Of a DNA stretch of 64,000 bases, positions 57,590 through 64,000 are shown one piece after another. The translations under genes were made by a program, and so were the position numbers. Origin of the DNA: Zoogloea sp. (GTDB taxonomy: Bacteria; Pseudomonadota; Gammaproteobacteria; Burkholderiales; Rhodocyclaceae); assembly GCF_041915215.1 (NCBI RefSeq), contig NZ_JAYSBV010000012.1; one strand, written 5' to 3'. Every line of letters starts with the position of its first letter. Within the stretch, counting starts at the first letter, position 1. The notes beneath the pieces were generated by a model. The model was not told the DNA's origin. It searched no databases and saw only the letters and a program-made list of their open reading frames with translations.

Positions 57590-58981
57590 TTGGCTCTCCA
57601 TCTCTGGAGAGCCCCCATGAAACATCACCTCGATTGGTCGTCCTATGAAACCGCCGGGCAGGGCGATGCCTATGCCGGCATCCCTGCCACTGGCGGCGAT
57701 TTTGCCCGGGCGGTGGCGGTCTGCATCAGCGACCGCCAGTGCCAGCGCAGCCCCAAGGGGGTCATGTGCCCCAGCTTTCGCGCCACCCAAGACCCGGTTC
57801 AATCGCCCGGCGGGCGGGTGGTGCTGCTCAAGGCCGCCCTGAACGGGGAGCTGGGGCTCACGCCCTTCACCCACCCCGAGCTCGCCGCCGCGATGGATCT
57901 GTGCGTGGGCTGCAAGGGCTGCAAGCGGGAATGCGCCAACCAGGTGGACATGGCCGCCCTCAAGATCGAATACCAAGCCCAGCGCAACGCCCTGAACGGC
58001 GTGCGCCTGCGGGATCGGCTGTTTGCCGCCATGCCCCGCCTGCTGGCCCGCCACCCGGGCAGCGTGCGCAACCTGATCAAGCTGCGGGATCGCGTCCCCG
58101 GAGCAGCCCAGCTGGCCGAGCGCCTGGTGGGGATTGCCGCCCAACGCCAACTCCCCCTGCCCGCCCCCCAGCCCTTTGTAGCGCCCGAGCCCCAGGGAGA
58201 AGGACGCACGGTGATCCTGTTTGTGGACACCTTTGCCCGCCATTTTTCCCCCAGCATCGCCGATGCAGCCTGCCAGGTGCTGACGCGGGGCGGCTATCGG
58301 GTGCAGGTGCTCGAACCCGCCCCGGATGATGCAGAAGCCGACCGCCCCCTGTGCTGCGGACGCACCTATCTTTCCCTGGGCCAGGTCGAGGCCGCCCGCC
58401 ACGAAGCCCAGCGCATGCAGCGAGCCCTGCGCCCGGCCCTGGCCAGTGGGCATCCCATCATCGGGCTGGAACCCTCCTGCATCCTCTCGCTGCGGGACGA
58501 TCACCTCAAGCTGGGGCTGGGCCCGGAAGCCGAAGCCCTGGCCCGCCAGGTTCATTTGCTTGAAGAATTCATCGCCCGGGAACACGACCGCAAGCAGCTC
58601 CAACTACCGCTTCAACCTCTGCCGGGCCCCCGGTTGCTGGTGCATGGCCACTGCCACCAGAAAGCCGTGGGGGCCATGAAATCCATGCGCAAGGTGCTAC
58701 GCCTGATCCCGGCTCTGGACTTCGAATTCATCGAAAGCAGCTGCTGCGGGATGGGGGGCAGCTTCGGGCTGGAGGCCGAGCACGCGGCCCTGGCCGATGC
58801 CATGGGCGAGCTGGCCCTGTTTCCGGCGATCAGGAACGCGCCCACTTCGCCTCTGCTCGCCAACGGCTTTTCCTGTCGTGGCCACTGTGAAGAAGCCACC
58901 GGGCGTCGGGGGCTGCATGTGGCCGAAATCCTGCTCCACAGCCTGGACGGCACCGCCCTCAGCCCGACCGAAGTGGCTTGA
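57590..58981 (+). CDS. (Fe-S)-binding protein with CCG cysteine-rich domains (GlcF/GlpC-like), stand-alone
   Basis: CVGCKGCKRECAN ferredoxin-like cluster motif and C-terminal CCG motifs (HGHCHQKA..., SSCCGMGGSF). No adjacent FAD-binding partner. Confidence 0.55.
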   Translation: MALHLWRAPMKHHLDWSSYETAGQGDAYAGIPATGGDFARAVAVCISDRQCQRSPKGVMCPSFRATQDPVQSPGGRVVLLKAALNGELGLTPFTHPELAAAMDLCVGCKGCKRECANQVDMAALKIEYQAQRNALNGVRLRDRLFAAMPRLLARHPGSVRNLIKLRDRVPGAAQLAERLVGIAAQRQLPLPAPQPFVAPEPQGEGRTVILFVDTFARHFSPSIADAACQVLTRGGYRVQVLEPAPDDAEADRPLCCGRTYLSLGQVEAARHEAQRMQRALRPALASGHPIIGLEPSCILSLRDDHLKLGLGPEAEALARQVHLLEEFIAREHDRKQLQLPLQPLPGPRLLVHGHCHQKAVGAMKSMRKVLRLIPALDFEFIESSCCGMGGSFGLEAEHAALADAMGELALFPAIRNAPTSPLLANGFSCRGHCEEATGRRGLHVAEILLHSLDGTALSPTEVA

Positions 58982-60659
58982 TCTGCCCGATCTGCTCAAA
59001 ACTCAAGCCAAAGCGGGCCAGATACTTGCGCAGGCGGTCTGCATCATTGGGCTGCTTGCGCCCCTGCCGGGATACCGCAAACAAGTGGCGCCCGGCCTCC
59101 GAGAGGCTGGATGCCCGGGCGCAGACCTCCACCACCGCCCGCAGCTGGACTTGATCGAACACATCCAGCGCCGCCCAGCCCCTTTCCCCCAGCAGCGCAA
59201 TCATGGGATCGACGGCGCCCCCATCGACATCGAGAACCTTCTCCCCTTCTCCGCAGGCTGCAGGGTGCCACGTGGCCTGGAGCCGCCCAATCTCTTCTTC
59301 CACCCCGGCCTCGGTGATCCGCCCGGCGTTCGCCAGGGTCGCCATGCGGGTAAGCGAGGCGCCCAGCTCCCGGAAGTTACCCCGCCAGCAGGCCTCCGGC
59401 CCGGTGGCAAACGCCAAGTAGCGGCGCCGGGCTTCGGCGTTAAAGCGCACCTGCTCGCCGTACTCCCGGGCATGGCGGGCCAGTTCAAAATCCAGATTCG
59501 GCTCGATGTCCTCACGCCGCCCGGCCAAACCCGGGAGTTGGAAAGTCCAGAGGTTGATGCGCGCAAACAGATCTTCCCGAAACAGCCCTTCACTCACCCG
59601 CTGCCGCAAATCCCGATGGGTGCCGGCGATCAGCTGAAAATCGCTCTCCACCTCCCGATCTGAACCAAAGGGGAAGAAACGTTTCTCCTCGATGGCCTTG
59701 AGCAACATGGCCTGCTCATCCAGCCCCAGTTCGCCGATTTCATCCAGAAAGAGCACGCCCCCATGGGCCGCCCGCAGCAGCCCGGCCCGCTCCCCAAGGG
59801 CCCCCGTAAAAGCCCCCTTCACATGGCCAAACAGGGTGGACATGGCGGCATCGCCCCGCAGGGTGGCGCAATTCACCTCCACAAAACGCCCTTCCAGGCG
59901 CTGATGCTGGGCCTTGAGCGTGTGGATGCGTCGGGCCAGAAAAGACTTGCCCGCGCCCGTCGGCCCCACCAACAGCATGGGCGCCCGGGAACGCCCTGCC
60001 ACCCGCTCAATCTGCTCGATCATCCGGTTAAAGGGCTCGTTTCGGGTCGCGATGCCCGCCTTCAGGAAGCTCAGGTTATCGGCCTGCTCCCGGGCAAAAC
60101 GCTGGGCGATCTGGTCGTAGCGCGACAAATCCAGGTCGATGATGGCATGCCCACCCACGGTTTTGGAGACCTCCTCCTGACGTGGCGGGAAAGTCTGGAT
60201 CAGACGCGCCGGCAGATAACGGGCCTCCGTCAGCAAAAACCAGCAGATCTGGGCCACATGGGTGCCGGTGGTGATGTGCACCAGATAATCCTCGGCCTCG
60301 GGCGCAAAGGAATAGGCCCGGGTGAAATCATGCAGCCGGGTGTAAACCTCTTCAAAATCCCAGGGGTCATGCAGATCCAGGGCATGGAGCACCACCTCCA
60401 CATGGGGTGCCAGCAGCGCAATATCCGCCCGCACCCGCGCCGCCAGCCCCAGGCTGGCCGGAGCATGGATCAAATCCAGTCGATCCACCGGCAAATCCGG
60501 CTGCAGGCAAAGCCCCACCGTAGGACGCCACTTGCCAAAGCGCCTCCCCTTGCGCCCCATGAAATCCAACTGGGTGCCCACAAAGCCGATAACCACCCGC
60601 TTCTTGCCCCCAGCCGGGATCAGCCGCCCATCCACGTCCATGTCCATGCTCACACTCAT
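58959..60659 (-). CDS. rtcR: sigma-54-dependent transcriptional regulator RtcR (CARF + AAA+ sigma-54 activator)
   Basis: Near-colinear match to E. coli RtcR (FGFVGT...KWRP, HNPWDFEEVY, IHITTGTHVAQICWFLL, GAFVEVNCATLRGD, FLDEIGELG, DADRLRKYLARFGL). Confidence 0.9.
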   Translation of the reverse strand: MSVSMDMDVDGRLIPAGGKKRVVIGFVGTQLDFMGRKGRRFGKWRPTVGLCLQPDLPVDRLDLIHAPASLGLAARVRADIALLAPHVEVVLHALDLHDPWDFEEVYTRLHDFTRAYSFAPEAEDYLVHITTGTHVAQICWFLLTEARYLPARLIQTFPPRQEEVSKTVGGHAIIDLDLSRYDQIAQRFAREQADNLSFLKAGIATRNEPFNRMIEQIERVAGRSRAPMLLVGPTGAGKSFLARRIHTLKAQHQRLEGRFVEVNCATLRGDAAMSTLFGHVKGAFTGALGERAGLLRAAHGGVLFLDEIGELGLDEQAMLLKAIEEKRFFPFGSDREVESDFQLIAGTHRDLRQRVSEGLFREDLFARINLWTFQLPGLAGRREDIEPNLDFELARHAREYGEQVRFNAEARRRYLAFATGPEACWRGNFRELGASLTRMATLANAGRITEAGVEEEIGRLQATWHPAACGEGEKVLDVDGGAVDPMIALLGERGWAALDVFDQVQLRAVVEVCARASSLSEAGRHLFAVSRQGRKQPNDADRLRKYLARFGLSFEQIGQIKPLRSG

Positions 60660-60859
60660 CGCTCGGTCTACGTCTATGCACGTTTGTGACTATCGCAGAC
60701 AGCTTAGCTAAATTTATAAACACTGCTCAAGTTTGTTATCTATTTGTATAAAAAACCCACTTTGCGCCAGCCTCAAAGCCTCCGCGTAGGCACCTATCAA
60801 AAAATAAAATCATTTAAAAACATACAGATAAAAACAAAACCAGGCCCAAGCAAGCATTC

Positions 60860-60875
60860 TGGCACGCTCTTCGCA
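60860..60875 (+). promoter_or_regulatory. candidate sigma-54 (-24/-12) promoter TGGCACGCTCTTCGCA
   Basis: GG and GC elements at consensus spacing (TGGCACG-N4-TTGCW, 14/16 match). Preceded by a 200-nt AT-rich region. Lies divergent to rtcR, where the RtcR-activated promoter is expected. Confidence 0.5.
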
Positions 60876-60887
60876 ATAGCATGCGGG

Positions 60888-61170
60888 ACGGTATCCAACC
60901 GCCAGCCTACGGACAGGGCTTTCCCGCCCGTCGGTACGCCACTGCCAGGGTCTCAAAGCTGAGTTGCAGGGGCGCATGCCGCACCGGTTGGAACCGCCAC
61001 GTCAGCACGCCCGTTGGGGGTGATCGGGTTCGATTCCCGACGTGCAGCTTGCAGCACTCTCGGTAGATCAGGCCTTACCGGCCTGAGCGGGTTCGACTCC
61101 CGCTTTAGCGCTGTGTCCCAGCGCCTTCAGTGCAGTACCCCACCGGTTGTGGCTAGACCTCGGTCTGCCC
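60888..61170 (+). ncRNA. candidate structured RNA / long leader with two tRNA-like T-arm modules (possible Y-RNA-like tRNA mimic)
   Basis: TCGGGTTCGATTCCCGA at 61024-61040 and GCGGGTTCGACTCCCGC at 61087-61103 (5-bp stems with 7-nt TTCGAYT loops). D-loop-like CTCGGTAGATCAG at 61058-61070. Hairpin AGGCC-TTACC-GGCCT at 61070-61084. No credible ORF; no canonical acceptor stem. Confidence 0.3.
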
Positions 61171-61344
61171 CCCGGGCTGAGCCGGTCTCCGCGTCTCCTC
61201 CGATGGCCGGATGCCCTCCGCCTATGCCGTGCCCACTCGGGCGGCCTGGGCCCAGAGCATCCACCCATCCGCGGCACGCCCCACCCGCCCAGCCCGGGCC
61301 CCACCGGCCAGCCCCAATTCGCCCTGTTCCTTTGGAGAACCCTG

Positions 61345-62490
61345 ATGTGGCAAAGCTTTCTAATCAAGAAAAATGAATACGCTATCCTGTTCCAGAGCGG
61401 AGACTTCAAGGCCATTCTGACGCCCGGCCATTATCGTTTCATCGATCCCTTACGGCGCCTGACCCTCCAGACTTGGCAAGCGGGCTGCCTGATGGATAAC
61501 GAAGACTGGATGGATTGGCTGCGCGAACATCACCCCGAAGAAGTCGCACGCCATTTCGATGATCTGAGCCTCGGCGAACACGAAGCCGGACTGCTCTACG
61601 TGGATGATCTGCTGGTTGAAATACTTCCCCCAGGCCAACGCGTGGCGTTCTGGAAAGGCTCCCGCCAACGCCGACTACTGTCTGTGGATCTGCGCGACCA
61701 ACTCAGCCTGCCCAGCGAGCTGGCACTCCAGCTCCAGCAACCCGCCCTGCGTCATCAAGCCCTCCGGGGGCAAAATTCAGTGCTCATGGCCCAGATCCCG
61801 GCTTACCACCAGGGCATTCTGAAAGTGGATGGGCAGGTGCAACGCTTGCTGCCACCTGGCATCGAATATTTCTGGCGCTTGCGTCACGAGGTACAGGTGG
61901 AACTGGTGGACACCCGATTGCAAAGCATGGAGGTCAGCGGCCAGGAAATCCTGACCCGAGACAAGGTAAACCTGCGGATTAACTTGGCCGCCAACTGGCA
62001 ATACACCGACGTGCTCCAAGCTCATGCAGCCCTCAGCCGACCGACAGACTTCATATATCGCGAACTCCAGTTCGGCCTGCGAGCAGCCGTGGGCACCCGC
62101 AGTCTGGATGAGCTGCTCGAAAACAAGCAGATCCTTGATGAGCTTATTAGTCAGCACATGGCTCGCCAACTGAACGGTCTGGGCCTGGTCGTGGGGAGCC
62201 TGGGGGTGAAAGACATCATTCTCCCCGGAGAAATGAAAACCATCCTGAGCCAGGTCGTGGAAGCTCAAAAAGCCGCCGAAGCCAATGTGGTACGACGCCG
62301 GGAAGAAACCGCCGCCACCCGGGCCCTGCTCAATACTGCCAAGGTGATGGAAGACAACCCCATCGCCCTGCGCTTGAAAGAACTCGAAACCCTGGAGCGG
62401 GTGGCCGAAAGAATCGACCGAATTTCAGTTTTCGGAGGACTGGATCAAGTGCTGAATGGTTTGATCCACATTCCCACCCGCCAAGGCTAA
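61345..62490 (+). CDS. SPFH/band-7 (slipin-like) domain protein
   Basis: Band-7 core (KVNLRINLAANWQY...ILPGEMKTILSQVVEAQKAAEANVVRRREETAA). RBS GGAGAA. Sits between the structured leader and rtcB. Confidence 0.75.
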   Translation: MWQSFLIKKNEYAILFQSGDFKAILTPGHYRFIDPLRRLTLQTWQAGCLMDNEDWMDWLREHHPEEVARHFDDLSLGEHEAGLLYVDDLLVEILPPGQRVAFWKGSRQRRLLSVDLRDQLSLPSELALQLQQPALRHQALRGQNSVLMAQIPAYHQGILKVDGQVQRLLPPGIEYFWRLRHEVQVELVDTRLQSMEVSGQEILTRDKVNLRINLAANWQYTDVLQAHAALSRPTDFIYRELQFGLRAAVGTRSLDELLENKQILDELISQHMARQLNGLGLVVGSLGVKDIILPGEMKTILSQVVEAQKAAEANVVRRREETAATRALLNTAKVMEDNPIALRLKELETLERVAERIDRISVFGGLDQVLNGLIHIPTRQG

Positions 62491-62533
62491 GCGCCAGGCC
62501 CATCCATAACAACAAGGAAAAAGGACAATACCC

Positions 62534-63751
62534 ATGGATCACGATTTGCTCCACGCCCCAGGCGCCCATCCCATCAAACTATGGACCCACGGCGTTCCGG
62601 TCGAGGAAGATGCCCGCAAGCAACTTATCAACACCGCCCGCATGCCTTTCATCTTCAAGCACCTGGCGGTGATGCCGGATGTGCATCTGGGAAAGGGATC
62701 AACCATCGGTAGCGTGATTCCCACCCAGGGCGCCATCATTCCGGCGGCGGTTGGCGTGGATATCGGCTGCGGCATGATGGCCGCCCGTACCAGCCTCAAG
62801 GCGGCTGATCTGCCAGACCATCTGTTCGGGCTACGCACCGCCATTGAGGCGGCTGTTCCCCACGGACGTACTGCCCAGCGCGGAATCCGCGACAAGGGCG
62901 CCTGGGGAGAAGCGCCCCATGAAGTGGATCAAATGTGGGCGCACTTAGAACCGGGCTTCAAGCGCATCACCGAGAAATATCCCCGGCTCGAAAAGACCAA
63001 CAACCACCTGCATCTGGGAACCCTGGGCACCGGGAACCATTTCATCGAGGTCTGCTTGGATGAAGGCGAAAACGTGTGGTTCATGCTGCACTCCGGCTCC
63101 CGGGGGGTGGGAAACGCCATCGGAACCCTATTCATCGAACTCGCCCAACAAGACATGCGTCAGCATATGGCCCAGCTACCGGACAAGGATCTGGCGTATT
63201 TCACCGAAGGTAGCCAGCACTTTGAAGATTACGTGGAGGCCGTCGGCTGGGCTCAGGATTACGCCCGCCGTAACCGGCAGGTGATGATGGCGCGCGTGGT
63301 GGCCGCCGCTCGCAGCATCATTGCCAAACCTTTCGATGCACAAGTGGAGGCCGTCAATTGCCACCACAACTACGTGCAGCAAGAAACCCACTTCGGCGCC
63401 CAGGTATTGGTCACCCGCAAAGGAGCCGTTTCAGCCCATAAAGGTGAACTGGGTATCATCCCCGGCTCCATGGGGGCTCGCAGCTACATCGTGCGGGGGC
63501 TGGGAAATGAGGAAAGTTTCTGCTCCTGCAGCCACGGTGCAGGCCGCGTGATGAGCCGCAACGAAGCACGCCGCCGCTTCAGCATCGCCGATCAGGAACA
63601 GGCCACCGCCCACGTGGAATGCCGCAAGGACAGCGAGGTGATCGACGAAATCCCGATGGCCTACAAAGACATCGACGCGGTCATGGCCGCCCAACGGAGC
63701 CTGGTGGAAGTCGTCCATACCCTGCGCCAGGTGATCTGCGTGAAGGGGTAA
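62534..63751 (+). CDS. rtcB: RNA-splicing ligase RtcB
   Basis: 405 aa with MPDVHLGKGSTIGSV, GVDIGCGM, NHFIE, HSGSRG and CNHN motifs of RtcB (3'-phosphate/5'-OH RNA ligase). Confidence 0.9.
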   Translation: MDHDLLHAPGAHPIKLWTHGVPVEEDARKQLINTARMPFIFKHLAVMPDVHLGKGSTIGSVIPTQGAIIPAAVGVDIGCGMMAARTSLKAADLPDHLFGLRTAIEAAVPHGRTAQRGIRDKGAWGEAPHEVDQMWAHLEPGFKRITEKYPRLEKTNNHLHLGTLGTGNHFIEVCLDEGENVWFMLHSGSRGVGNAIGTLFIELAQQDMRQHMAQLPDKDLAYFTEGSQHFEDYVEAVGWAQDYARRNRQVMMARVVAAARSIIAKPFDAQVEAVNCHHNYVQQETHFGAQVLVTRKGAVSAHKGELGIIPGSMGARSYIVRGLGNEESFCSCSHGAGRVMSRNEARRRFSIADQEQATAHVECRKDSEVIDEIPMAYKDIDAVMAAQRSLVEVVHTLRQVICVKG

Positions 63752-63880
63752 ACGCATAGAACCCACATAAAGCCGGCATCGAGCATCAGCTAAAAATCAG
63801 CTATTTTCAATGCCGGCTTTTTCGTACATCAGATTTTTGCACCGTAATCTAAACGCCAAATATCTAAACGCCCAACGCAA

Positions 63881-63912
63881 AAAACCCCACTGCCATTTGG
63901 CAGCGGGGTTTT
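63881..63912. terminator. bidirectional Rho-independent terminator (AAAA-CCCCACTGCC-ATTT-GGCAGCGGGG-TTTT) shared by rtcB and the convergent rrn operon
   Basis: 10-bp stem flanked by an A-run and a T-run, so a U-tract is available on either strand. Confidence 0.55.
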
Positions 63913-63921
63913 GCATGGGGT

Positions 63922-64000
63922 AGCCTGACGATGACCTACTTTCACGCACGCGTGTGCACTATCATCGGCGCGGTCTCGTTTCACGGTCCTGTTCGGGATG
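63922..64000 (-). rRNA. rrf: 5S rRNA, 3' portion (the gene continues beyond the window end)
   Basis: The reverse complement reads ...CCCGAACAGGACCGTGAAACGAGACCGCGCCGATGATAGTGCACACGCGTGCGTGAAAGTAGGTCATCGTCAGGCT. This matches the conserved proteobacterial 5S core (CCGAAC...GTGAAACG...GCCGATGGTAGTG...AGTAGG...CAGGC). Confidence 0.7.

Noticed and set aside
61024-61103. Possibility that the two TTCGA(T/C)T stem-loops are genuine tRNA genes
   Set aside because: No 7-bp acceptor stem could be paired on either side. The anticodon-like hairpin has a 5-nt loop, and the variable region would be only 2-3 nt. These are tRNA-like fragments or mimics, not tRNAs.
60881-61376. Small ORFs (61 and 120 aa) in the rtcR-SPFH intergenic region
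   Set aside because: They have Arg/Pro-rich composition and no RBS. They overlap the tRNA-like structured elements, and the region is better explained as a non-coding leader.

Overview
This is a high-GC (roughly 65%) proteobacterial chromosomal segment whose gene content looks betaproteobacterial. It is densely coded on both strands, and many long antisense ORFs are GC artefacts.

Layout, left to right:
- 1-11.8 kb: aminotransferase 3' fragment; a small minus-strand operon (periplasmic tandem NarX/PilJ-type sensor-domain protein plus lipoprotein); tldD, a C-N hydrolase and yhdP; glnE; a HAD phosphatase.
- 11.8-13.7 kb: a lower-GC islet with two lipoproteins and a small secreted peptide.
- 13.8-19.7 kb: ethanolamine utilisation module (AraC-type regulator divergent from eat-eutB-eutC) and an outer-membrane beta-barrel protein.
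- 20.1-36.4 kb: a 16-kb co-directional, translationally coupled sugar-biosynthesis/glycosyltransferase island. It starts with the CDP-glucose pathway (rfbF-rfbG-rfbH). It continues with a NeuB-family synthase fused to a cupin, a thiamine-diphosphate enzyme of the YerE type (two-carbon branching), a TylC3-type sugar C-methyltransferase, a Gmm-like NUDIX NDP-sugar hydrolase, a family-2 glycosyltransferase (GT2), an SDR reductase/epimerase, a radical-SAM enzyme, a hypothetical protein and a 1222-aa three-domain glycosyltransferase. It ends directly upstream of a short flagellin gene.
- 36.7-42.0 kb: flagellin and its late flagellar module (fliC-flaG-fliD-fliS-fliT-fliK-like-flhB C-domain-like).
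- 42.0-57.5 kb: a 6-copy 15-16-nt tandem repeat; yggX, argA, a two-domain PPK2, rsmE, an IMPase-family gene, phosphoribulokinase, two lipoproteins (one with MORN repeats), tkt-gap-pgk and a GGDEF sensor.
- 57.6-64.0 kb: a GlcF-like Fe-S protein; an rtc RNA-repair locus (rtcR, then a sigma-54 promoter with a long leader carrying two tRNA-like T-arm motifs, an SPFH/band-7 protein and rtcB, with no rtcA and no rsr); and the 3' end of an rrn operon (partial 5S rRNA, minus strand).

The two best candidates for something undescribed:
1. The flagellin-adjacent island, which predicts a doubly branched CDP-deoxyhexose (yersiniose-like plus C-methyl) and possibly a downstream PEP-condensation product, as a flagellin glycan.
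2. The rtcR-controlled tRNA-like RNA / SPFH / rtcB arrangement.
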